From contig CM120647.1 in assembly GCA_051362555.1 (NCBI GenBank), positions 3,596,001-3,660,000 on the forward strand: a stretch of DNA of 64,000 nucleotides, written 5' to 3'. The notes below the pieces were generated by a model that made no database searches, was not told where the DNA came from, and saw only the letters and a list, made by a program, of their open reading frames with translations. A program made the position numbers and the translations under genes. This document shows positions 25,085-36,603 of the stretch, piece by piece (within the stretch, counting starts at the first letter, position 1; every line of letters starts with the position of its first letter). This DNA is from Lingula anatina. Lineage: Eukaryota; Animalia; Brachiopoda.

Positions 25085-25854
25085 CTAAACCGGGAAGTTT
25101 GTTAGCTATCCCCTTTTTATTAGAAAAATAAAATGTTGTAAAACATGTGCAACTTCTATTGTATTGTATCTATTGTAGACCGAGTGATTATCATATTATG
25201 CACATGAAGCAACATAGAAACTAAAATGAAAAATAATTTCATATAAAAATTAACAAGTAGTCAACATATAAAAGCAACAGGAAATCCACACAGAAGTTAT
25301 CAAAACACATACACGAATTCCAATTGCTTTCTCACAATCACCAACTTTTTTTCTCTTTGTTTCTTCACAGGAAAGATGAGAGCCTGGTTACTCGCATTCC
25401 CTTCTACGACAATTCGAATTTAGAGCATTTAGAATAGATTTAAAATAGATTTAAATTTAGAATAAAAACCTTTACATCCTGTTTATATCTTACACGTTGC
25501 ATGCCACTAAATGCAGTTGCTTCGTTAAATTATTATGGTGACGATCGCGTAGTGAGGACAGTTGAGAACCTGCATATATAACGTGGGCCTGAATAGGGAC
25601 CGGTGTAACAGAGAGTTCCCCTCCATTTAGTTATAATGGTTAGGTTTAACCTGACCTATGCGGGTAAAAATCTAGGGTGATCGGCTTACCTGTACAAGGG
25701 AATGACAAGCGGACTCTATCATGGAAGATTCTCTGTTACGTTACACCGGCAATGTTTCAACTAGTTCAAGGCTGTGCTCAAATGTATTTATATTTGTGGA
25801 GATGTAAACTGCAAGCATCCGTCAAAATATTTAAAACGGTTCTTTGTTGTTTAA

Positions 25855-26583
25855 GGCTCTGTTCTCACAACTTTTAGATCGATCTATCACCGCGGGGAGT
25901 CTCACTAGATTACTGTCAGATAATCCCCCTTAAGGGGCCCGCACACGGTGAGCATTTGGCGCGCGCCACTTGCGCTGCGCCGTTTTCTCATCGTGTGCGG
26001 GGGTATTTTGGTGAGATTTTTGCCTCACGCGCGGCTGAGCAAAATTTCTCACGTGTTTGATTTTTTTGGTCTCTTGAGACAAATGTCTCACCGTGTGCGG
26101 GGTGCAAGCGCCGATTGCTCACGCCATGCTAACAATGCGCATGTGCCAGTAGCCGGAAACAAACAAAAATGGCAGCCCCCAGCGAAGTCAACAAAAATGT
26201 ACACAGTTATAGTTAGTCTGATTGATTAACGTGGTCACCATTATCCATTACTATCAGAAAAAACAACAATATGTAATGTTTCCTTAAACACATGATCCCA
26301 CAGTTCACAGTGCGTCCGCTAGGGGCAGGCCGGGAGGCATCTCTGCTGAGCAAAGAGCGCATCGTTTGCGGGGAGCTGAGGAGCGCGAGCATCTGGCGCA
26401 GCGCAAGTGGCGCGCGCCGAATGCTCACCGTGTGCGGGCCCCTTTAAGTGTCCGTCCCCGCCTACTACAAGCTTTAAGGGGTAATTAACTTTCGTGTCCG
26501 CCCGGCTGACAGCTATTTAGCGTGAACCCCCAGGGAGTTAGGTCGATCCAATGTAGGTCGATCTAATCTATGAGAATGGGGTG
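25855..26583. mobile_element. PIF/Harbinger-type MITE, family A copy 2, interrupted by a nested MITE
   Basis: TAA TSD (25852-25854 / 26584-26586). The interior is the reverse complement of 5601-5826 once 25933-26446 is removed. Confidence 0.75.
25933..26443. mobile_element. GC-rich PIF/Harbinger-type MITE (511 bp) nested in family A copy 2
   Basis: About 49-bp TIR AGGGGCCCGCACACGGTGAGCATT(T/C)GGCGCGCGCCACTTGCGCTGCGCC with one mismatch. TTA TSD (25930-25932 / 26444-26446); the empty site is visible in the copy at about 45290. Confidence 0.9.
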
Positions 26584-27489
26584 TAAGATGTGTAATTTAT
26601 TAATGATTACGACGCACTGAAAATGAATATGTTACAAATGAATCTATGCCGTTACGTATCTGTATCTGTACGCTTTCGGCAAAGAAAAAGAAAGCTCCAT
26701 TTAACTTTCGGTTTATTGGGGCTAACGGACAAGTTTTATTGATAAGTCTATATTTTTATATTACACCGCCTGCCCAATCCACGCACCCAGAGCATATAAA
26801 AATTTCAGGAAACTTGAAATGGCAAGGGTATGCTTTAGTGAAGAGGATTGTTTCAGGTTATCTCTGAAATTCAGGGTGAATCTACGTTACTGAAATCGGA
26901 CCTGATCTTTATTACCCCCCCCCCCCCCCCCCCCGACCTCCTCCGTACTGTGAAAATAGTTTCACTGGATCAACAGGTAAATCAAATTTCAGGATCTATC
27001 ATAAATGAAACCTTTCTGACTCTGACTGAACGATGTGCCAACACATCAACAAGTAAATCTCGTCTACCATAATTTGGTGAATTAAAAAATCGTCCTGAAA
27101 GGCAAACATTTATCCTGCGTGAGAAACCAAGCACAAAGTAATTTGCATGATAGGCCTATATACCAAACTTGTTTGAATTCGTTTTGTCTTTTGAGATAAG
27201 GTCATTTTTTGTACTCTCAAAGGTAAAGATGACCGAAAAAGATAAACGTGTTCGCGAGCCCACATTCGATGTAATTTTAATCCCCCTTAACAATCCAAAG
27301 TATTGAACACGGTGCGTTAACTACATTAGCCTTTTGGATGAGAAATAATTTGAGATAGTCTCAAAGGGGGCAGTCTTATCTCTGAAAAAGCACACTTGTC
27401 TGTCTATATAATAAACAGGACTGAAATTTCGGCACGAAGAAGAGCAGACGAGGCATTTCAGGACTCTCCTGAGAGTGGAGATTTTTTTA

Positions 27490-27865
27490 AATGTCCTTTC
27501 AGCGCTCTCTCATATAGGTAATAAAACCTTTCCTTATTGAAAGCAACAACCTTGCCATAAAATCATTGAAATTGTCCTAAAAAGGCAAGAAAACCAAATT
27601 CTTTCTAGGATTTTATGCAAACCTTCTCAATTATTATGGGATAAAATACTTTCTGACAGTCTCGAAGGCGGTATAGTTCTCTTATCTCAGCTCGCTCTCC
27701 TAGGTATAGGGCGCGCTTTCTTCCCGAAAGCTACAAGCTATACGTTTAAACCTTCGATTATTGAATTTTCCATTAAAAATCCAGGAAAACCAAATCCTTT
27801 CTAGAATTTTGTAAAGTTCATTTCAATTATAATGGGATAAGAATACTTTCTGAGGGTCCCTATGG
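27490..27865. repeat. Degenerate tandem duplication, unit about 196 bp
   Basis: GAAAACCAAAT.CTTTCTAG.ATTTT...ATGGGATAA.AATACTTTCTGA occurs at about 27589 and 27785. Confidence 0.6.
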
Positions 27866-29055
27866 CAATGTTGTTCACAATTGGGAAATATACGCACTTG
27901 AACGAATAATTCGTTTCATGCGTCCAAAGTACACGTTAGCCCACGTGATTAACTAAGCATGACGCTTTTGGTATTGCTCGGAAAAGATTCTTCCCAGAGG
28001 GAGAGAGCTACTTGTCAAGTTCTTAAGCTCCATGGGTCCTTTGCTTAATGAAGTAGTCAAACTCGCTGTGAGCTGTGTGTATGATTGTTTCTCCTCAAGA
28101 GGCATTAAGTAAATGATAGAAAGGAGTTTTAGAGACTTTCAATCAATTTAGTGAATTGACAGATTTTATAGCGTCTCTTTAGCCTTTCAGAAAGACATCG
28201 GAGAGAGAAATGAATAAACCCTCAGAGCTTTGTTTTAAGGAACGTTAAATTGGTTTTTAAAAGTACGAGGACAAGCACGCCCACAGACACTCGTTCTCTC
28301 GAGCTCACATGCGAGTGCTAATACACGCACACGAACGTATTAACTTATATTTCATGTCCGTAATTATGTTTTTTTTTTCATTTCGCAATCTCAACCAAAC
28401 TTTCCATGTTTACAGATATAGGGTAAGGACAGCATTAAGGGCAATTTGGGCAAAATATGTGGACTTAGTAGCGTCATTATCGCTTAATTAATGCGTTGCA
28501 TCATAGGACTAGCCACCCCCCCTTCCCCACCCCACCCCCAACCGGACGTGTGTCATTTGTATCGTAAAAGATAATTAGGTGTGGTCATTGAGAGAAATCC
28601 TGAGATTTTTATATTTGAGCTTGTGCAACCCAATGCTATAAACGCTTTTTATCTACCTATCTTAATAATTAGGAAATATGTGAGCATATGTAGAACGATA
28701 ACAGAACCCCCAACATAGAAAGGAACTAGACAATATTTTAAATACTGCAGAAATATTTGTTTATATTCTTTATATAATTATACCGTCAATAAACGACATG
28801 TTAAAAGAAAAATGGAAAATATTGATCGTATATTACAATAACAAGTAACCATCTAAGGATATACCTCTTAGTATTTCAATTGTAAGGTTAACAACATAAA
28901 TTGTGAATCTCTATTTCTACCCTTATATGCACTACTGTGATTGTACAATCTTTTTATACTGAGAGAGAGTGCAAGTATGTAAATGTATTAGTGTTTGTGT
29001 GTCCGTGTGACTTATAAGCCAAAAATTGTAAGTTTGTATCCTGTTTTGCTACTGG

Positions 29056-29109
<54 letters not shown>
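29056..29109. repeat. (AAT)n microsatellite (others at about 32087, 41094 and 42021)
   Basis: Direct reading of the sequence. Confidence 0.9.
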
Positions 29110-30270
29110 TGTTTCTGCTTGCTGCCCTATCTGTAAACACTTATTAACACTCCTCGGTTGTACCTCATTATCCCAGAGCACGGAGAACGGGGAGTGAGAG
29201 TTGGAATACGCAGAGAAATCTAAAAAGTATCATTAGGTCCTGAAAACACGTAATTTTTGGAAAAAAATCTTCTTCTCCTTGGTCTTTGTTGTTAAAAGAT
29301 AAAAGATAATAGGCAGACAGGTTTTTAATGTCGTGGTTCTTGTATTAGTCTGTTAGCTATCTAACTGTTGGCTTTGATTTGTAAACTAAGTAGCTTTTTA
29401 CTTTGCCAATAAACGATGCCTTAACGCCAACGAGACGCAGGTAAATTTCACTGAAACCTTATACAGTTTGAACCGGAAGGCAGTTATAACAAAAGATAAA
29501 GACAAGGACAAACTTGCTGTCATATTACAGTTAAACACGCACTTTGCTGGCTACGCAATTTGTCTCAATAGACATTCAAGGCTTTCAGTGTTTAAAGAAA
29601 TGACATTCTAAATGAACACCATTTTAACGCTCAAGTATCACATGGTATCGGTTTATTATTGCATACACTTTGAAACTCCTCACAGCACAGGGGGATGTTG
29701 GGGGGGGGGGGGTCGGGGGTTCCTTTGGAAAACAGAGGTGCAATCGGTACTCTACTTTAATCTAAATGAAGGATTCGACCTGACGGAAGCAACCAAATAC
29801 ACCGGAAAAATGCCCCCAAAATACAATTTTATGAAAGTTGCGTCCTGGAAAGTGGAGCGTCTTGAAATCCTAAGGTGCCTAGGCTACGTTTTGCCCACCC
29901 AAACCAAACCGCGACCAAACACGTTAACCCAGACACCAACCGCATCAAACGCGTCACCTCAAAACTCCAAACAGCACCCAAACCGGAGCATCATTGTTTT
30001 CATGCCAAGTTGTGCACATATATATATACACATGTGTGCGTATGCATACTTGCCTCGAAAGGCAATCATTAGCTCTGCACCCGCCTAGAAGTCCTTGAAA
30101 GAGGCCTACAAACATACCCATCAGAATCAAGGCACTGTATTGTATGTCTCCATTGTATGTTGTAGACGGATAGATGTAAGTGACTTTATCAGAGAATAAT
30201 GTTCAAGGTATCAGATGACTTCAATCACTGAGTGAAGGCTGACTCTTCAGACCTTTTTGCACTGTTTCAG

Positions 30271-30321
<51 letters not shown>

Positions 30322-31355
30322 ACTTTTTTTGGGGGGGGGGGGCGGGGTTAATTTATCGTGTATCAATTGTATCAACCTATTAAATTGAAATTTTCTTTAG
30401 AAGTGTTACAGTGCACGAACAGCACATACTATATCAATAACAGTGGAAACTATCGGCAGCTGCAAATCGAATTCTGTCCAGTTAATGTGAAGGGAGATAA
30501 CATACAGACCCCCCACGAAAATCAGGTTGAATAAAGTTTTTCTTTCTGATTTGTCCTGAATCCAGTCTTACAATTAAAAATCTGCTGAAATGTTGTAGCG
30601 CATGTATGAGGCGTATAAAAAGCAATACACAGTTACCGTAAGAGTACTCTATTTCAAACGAGAAGTGTGGTCAGTCTTTACCCAACGTTGATTGAGTATC
30701 AACACCCAACATTGACAATCTATACCCAACATTGACGGATTATCTGTATGCTGTTTGTTAAAGTAAGCAGCCATCGCATGGTAAGCCTTGTATAAGGCCG
30801 CATTCAGAACAGATTATCCGCCAACTAACCAATCGGCAATCCTCGGCCAATTCCGCAAGCTCCATACTAACCTCGGATGTGATAGGCGGAGAAATATGCA
30901 CCAAATCCATGCATTTTGTCCGCCGGAAATGCCTTCTCACTCAATCGATCATTACGCTCATAAAGATGGCTGTCAATACCCCTGCTTTTTATGATGCTTT
31001 ACAGTTTGCCAAACAATGCACTAAGATTGACTTTGATTTAAAAGATAAATAGATACAGGCGTTGAAAGAATTAGGTTTAAATTAGCGCGAGGTTGAAAGT
31101 AGTTCCTTCCCAACAATCAACAATCAAATATGGCTGCCTCCGTATTACGTCCGAGGTCATTGTCGAGTACGGAGACATCCGAGTAGTTCCGAGTGCCAAC
31201 TAACTGATCCGCCGACTAAATATGGCCGACCCCACTTAAAAGCGATGCCGCTACTTCCCTGACTGTCCCCCGCCTTCACACGTGCCGTCGCTGCAGAGGC
31301 CTAGCAATTAAACCTCTGAGCCGGGATTTAATCCGTTTAGTCGGGGGATCAGTTA

Positions 31356-31568
31356 GGCTTCGTTCACATGCAATGTCTATTTTCTAATTTCTATTTTCTA
31401 TTCGCGCTATCTTATGATCACGGTCTGTGCCCTGAATATCCCGCAGCGTAATTACTGGCGCTGCCAGTAATTACGCCGCGGGATATTCAGGGCACAGACC
31501 GTGATCATAAGACATACCGCGAATAGAAAATAGAATTTAGAAAATAGACATTGCATGTGAATGAAGCC
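31356..31568. mobile_element. Almost fully palindromic 213-bp PIF/Harbinger-type MITE nested in an older MITE (about 31195-31600)
   Basis: Arms GGCTTCGTTCACATGCAATGTCTATTTTC... / ...GAAAATAGACATTGCATGTGAATGAAGCC pair up to a few-nt loop at about 31460. TTA TSD (31353-31355 / 31569-31571). Confidence 0.9.
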
Positions 31569-32084
31569 TTAGTGTACGGATCATCTGTTCTGAATACAAT
31601 CTAACACTTATCTGTCAGGACGAATTGTATATCACGGGAGGGAAAATGTTTTGACGGATGGACGACGTTTTATACTTGCCATGATCTGTTTTTTTTTCTT
31701 TTTTATATGCGTCTAAACACTGTTATTAGAGCCCTAACATTTGAGTCTGAGTTTCGTGAGAATTCTCTCCAATGCAAAGGAATCTTATATCAAATACAGG
31801 AATCATCACTAGGGGAATCAAGATATCAGGAATGATAACATTTATTCTCTCTTTTTTTTTTGCGTTACACTGGCAATGCCGCCTGGAACTTTAGAAGATC
31901 TCCATAATGACAGGCAAAATTGTTAACACTTTGATAACTTTTCTGAAAACACGCTTTAATTTCAAAGATGTTTACGAAGAAGGAGAATTTTAAGATATTT
32001 AAGTTTTTTTCAATCTGGCGAATGTTCTTTTTATTGTCAGTCTTTTGAATAATTTAATATAATTTGTGGGTTGTGCCTCAAATA

Positions 32085-32136
<52 letters not shown>

Positions 32137-33477
32137 TCAGCACTGGGGTCCTATTGAAAATCATTGTGCAGACAGCTGAGAAAGCAAAGAACTGAACGAC
32201 TGGCCCTGAAAAGGTCTTGTAGGCAATCAGGCAGTAGCAAGAGGATTTAGGGTATCAGCGCGGATAGAAAGACCTCTGTGGTCAAGAGAAGTCCTTGACA
32301 TTCATTAGATGCAAGTAGAGTTAATTGAATCAAATACACAAGGGGAGTAAAAGGGGAGCATATTTTTCAACACCCATGAATACTCAGAAATGCAGTATAA
32401 GGGGAGGGGGGGAGGAACTGCGAATTTATTTTCTAAATTGTACCCCCCCCCCCCCCCTCACACACACACCTATGATTTGCTTGCTTTGCTCCTATAAAGA
32501 CAGTCAGTCAGATGATAAGACATCGAAAAAGGTGGGTTTGATATCATGAGATAAATATGAATGTTAAAAGCATCTGACACCTTAGAAAGATTTGTTATGA
32601 TTTGAATTATGTACCAGCTAGATAGATGAGGGGAAAGGTGCCAATGGTATATGCTGGAATATTGCACCCTACTTTTTTCATCAAATTTAAATTGCAAATG
32701 AACCAAGCCGACCTATCCATTCCCAGATTTTCCTCTTCAGCTGGTGCTAAAACGCATTTAAAGCAATTACATATTCCACGGGGAGATGTCTCAATTCTGT
32801 AAAACACAACAAAAAGACAAGATGTCTCACAACGCTGTGCTGTTTCAATTAGGCTAATGGTGCTATCCGCCCACGGTGTACAATGCTGCAGATCTGTCTA
32901 GGAGAGCTGAGGTTAGAGCACTGTTGCATCAACCCAGATGATTTGAACAAGCAACCTTTTTAGAACAGTTCCAATGAACAGAGTTGATTGCAATTGAATC
33001 GCTAGATACACATGATGTAATTCAAGCAAATAATGCACTTTTCTTAAAAGAAAGACAAAATGGATTGATTAATTGGCCCTGTGGTGTGACCCGGGGGAAG
33101 TTTATTGCAATCAAAACCCGCTAAGAGTGGCTTAGACTAACTAATGCGATACCTTAAGCAGGATGTAATATGTTAGTTTTACAACATAAACAACATGTCT
33201 CGATCCATTCACTGTATTTTTTTTTTTGAAAGTCTGCCATCAATTAAACATTCTATGGAGTAATAACAAACCAAAACAACTCATATAGCAGCCATGTCCT
33301 CTAATATTTTCGATTCCTGGGAAAAGATCAAAACAAAACTTATCCTAACATTTTTGTATGAAAACATATCGGTGGGTAATTGCCCCTCTGCTTTATTCAA
33401 ACTATCAAGAGGTGTGCCAGAACGTTTTGGATATGTAGGGTGTCAGGGATTGCGTTCAATTCCTCTTGTCATTATTA

Positions 33478-33731
33478 GGTCTTATAAACGGTTAAGGCGT
33501 TTAATAACACTAGCTACAGATCTTTTAGCACTAACACCCATATTAACCACATAACCCACAACTTAACCAGCACTACCAGAATGGATGAGTGTTAGTGCTA
33601 GGTATTGTTTTGTTGGTGCTAAATAATTGTACGATGTGGTGGATAATTAGTGAGTTATAAAGTTTATATGGGGTTAGTGCTAAAAGATCTGCAGGTAGTG
33701 CTAATAAACGTCTAATCCGTTTATAAGGCGT
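33478..33731. mobile_element. MITE with long imperfect TIRs
   Basis: CTTATAAACGG...CAGATCTTTTAGCACTAAC versus GTTAGTGCTAAAAGATCTG...CCGTTTATAAG, with TTA flanks. Confidence 0.7.
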
Positions 33732-33763
33732 TTAAAATCACTGTGAAATAGACAGAAAATGCA

Positions 33764-34113
33764 ACAAATTCTATGGAGACCGGGCTTTTACTGTTTATGC
33801 TCCAAAATTGTGGAACAAATTGCCTTTTAGTATCAGAGCTGAAAGTGACTATAATACTTTTAAAGCCTGTCTTAAAACTCATTTTATGGTTAATGTTCCT
33901 TTAAACCTTTTAGTTGTTTATCATTTATTAAGAGTGAGCTTGGGTTAATTTTAGTAGTATTTTAAAGTTATATCAATATATTTTCTCTGCTTTCTTTAAT
34001 TAATTTTATCAGTAAATGTTAAAATATTTTAGTATTGTTATTTTTAGACTTTTTTAATTATTTGTAAAGTGCATTGAAATGTAAAAAATGGAATGCGCTA
34101 TATAAGAAATAAA

Positions 34114-34156
<43 letters not shown>
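33764..34156 (+). mobile_element. 5'-truncated L2/CR1-clade LINE (ORF2 C-terminus, 3' UTR and tail)
   Basis: Translates as YGDRAFTVYAPKLWNKLPFSIR...FKACLKTHF, a typical L2 ORF2 end. Followed by TGTAAAGTGCATTGA...ATGCGCTATATAAGAAATAAA and a (TAT)n tail. Confidence 0.85.
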
Positions 34157-34756
34157 TTTGGCGTCAAGTTTGGGTGAAACTTACCCGGAGCATACTGTTG
34201 GTTAGCAAAACATCCCTAAGACACAAGTACACGGCTTCTGTGGCTGAAACAAAAGAGATAGTTCAAGACGCATTTGTGTTGACAATAAATAAATAAAAAA
34301 AGAAAGAAAGAAAGAAAGAAAGAAAGAACAGAATTTCTAGGAATAGACTGGGCAATGATAGTTTCAACCCTAATAAACCTACAGTTCACTCTCAAGTCAG
34401 TGCTTAGCGCCGTGGGGTGTTGGGGGGGGGGATGCGGATGCGGTTGCCCCCCTCCCCCCATTTTTGATAAAGAGCTATTTTGGTGATGTGTATAAAGTGT
34501 AAGCACATTTTTGTTTCCTCTTAGTCCAACAGTCTCTTACTTTTTTTCAGTCATCTTCTAGATGAATTCCACAGGCGGCATTAACAACCCTATTTGCATG
34601 TATCGTAGTTCTTCAGCAACGTCCCCTCCGCCAAGCATAATTTTCTAACTCTCATTCTATGGTTCATGGTGACTCTGATCATGGAATTATTTGTAGATCA
34701 ACTTCCATGTTCTGGTTATTAATAAAGCGTCAAAGTTCATGTACATACCATTTGCT

Positions 34757-34860
34757 TACCCTCTACCAGGGCGACAGATTGATTTTCCACAGATATTCAC
34801 AGATATGTCTGATTCAGCCAAAAATGTCCACAATAATAACTGCGGCCCTGGTAGAGGGTA
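34757..34860. mobile_element. 104-bp MITE with 16-bp TIR and 9-bp TSD (Mutator/MULE-like)
   Basis: TACCCTCTACCAGGGC / GCCCTGGTAGAGGGTA, with CCATTTGCT duplicated at 34748-34756 and 34861-34869. Confidence 0.85.
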
Positions 34861-36083
34861 CCATTTGCTCAAGGCAATAGGCTTTCTGCAGCTAGATGAC
34901 TACATGTTGACTTCTTTTGTTTACCAGAGAGCTTGCTCTCAGTAAACAATGAAATGTACATGTAGTCACCTAGTTGCAAAAGGCTAAGGACATCTGTTCA
35001 ATTCACGTCCTTGAAAAGGCCAATTGTGGATAAGATGACGAGTACGCAACACTCGCATAGTGACAGTTTTTCCATCAGAACGTTCTCATTATAAGCCAGC
35101 CAAATGAAAACACACATGTAAGCCCAACTGCTGGTCGAGTCTAGTGCAAAGAAGTAATATATAACAGGAAATATGTTAGATTTTAACTTCTCTCTTGTTA
35201 CCCTATTTGGCTAATTTTGTAACAGCTAAGAGGGCTTTTGGTAACATAGAAAGCCACACCAAAGAGTGACTAGCCTCGTTAATGGCATATCACTTCAAAC
35301 AATGGCCATTATGCGCTCTGGCAATGGACATAATTGGTTTTGTTACAATCGTTTGCATTCTAAAAGTAGGTTTACCCGCTGAAACGTGGATACTATTGTT
35401 GTCTTCACTGCAACAAAACCACTCAGAGAGAGACAACACGTTCTGAATTGAGTGACAATCAATTTTTTACTACTATGGGTTTGAGCTAAGACTGATTTGG
35501 TTAAACCTGATCTCAATCCATGAACATCAATTTCGTGTCCAATTTGCTGCAATGATTTGGCATAATAAGTATTTTCTGTGTAATCAGTATTGCTACGAAG
35601 TCCCTCAGGCGCCATTCGTTAAGGATGTGGATCCGCAAAGGAGAGAACGATGCAGCGTGACGGGAACGTTGAGCGTGATCGAATCATTACTTCCAGGCTG
35701 TACTTTTAAATTTATTGAAATTGAACTAGCTTTTGGAGAACCAATGCTAATTTCAAATTTAAGTTGTGCTTTTCCTTTTGCTTCTGCTTATTTAAAAAGG
35801 AGAAAGCACAAAAAAGTGTCATCTTGTTGAAAAAAAAAGAAAAAAGCGAAGCACGGCCGTAAAAGAAGGATCTCGACAAACTGCCTTTCAATTCGATTTT
35901 GTTATAATTGATTTTCTGTCAGATTGATTAATTATCATCTCATCACACAATTCAGATTAAACGCGTCGTCAATAAACCCTAATGATGGCGTTAAAGAGCG
36001 ATTCAATTTTCTCTCGATAATCTGATCACGTGGTAATAATATATTTGAGAAATTTTGCTCTGGCTCAAACCGTTGGATCCCCC

Positions 36084-36123
<40 letters not shown>

Positions 36124-36420
36124 GACATAATTTGGTACCTTAATTTCCTGACAGTACATAACAAAGTCGATAAAAGGTTGCTGTTAACATCCTTGAATAA
36201 AGTAATGGTGGCGCCAGTTGCTATGTCATACGAGCAATTACACCCCATTTGGCACATGTAAATGAGACCTTTTGTGGGAAAAAACTTAGCTCTATACATT
36301 GTACAAAGGACCTGTGTAGCCAAGTTGTTCGGAAAAATTGTCTTGCAATCATGCAAATAAACCGTATAGTTCTAAACGCAGAAGTAATCTGCTTTGCAAA
36401 ATTTGAAACTTCAACTCTTC

Positions 36421-36603
36421 CAGGCCCGTAGCCAGGGGGGGGGGGGGGGGGGAGGGGTTCGGGGGGTTCGAAAGAACCGCCCCTTTTGTCGGAAAAGGTC
36501 CATTTTGGGTAAAATTTCATCTAGGTTCACATAAGTTTCATTATAAAAGGTCCACTTTTTCAGAAAAAGAACCCCCCTTTTGAATTTCCTGGCTACGGGC
36601 CTG
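36421..36603. mobile_element. CAGG-ended MITE with perfect 16-bp TIR and 5-bp TSD
   Basis: CAGGCCCGTAGCCAGG / CCTGGCTACGGGCCTG, with TCTTC on both sides. Confidence 0.85.

Noticed and set aside
25948-26428. Pair of opposite-strand ORFs with the same N-terminus (MSI.RAPLALR)
   Set aside because: An artefact of the MITE's terminal inverted repeats.
32700-32800. Minus-strand exon candidate with a strong polypyrimidine acceptor
   Set aside because: No convincing donor and no recognisable peptide; cannot be supported without RNA data.
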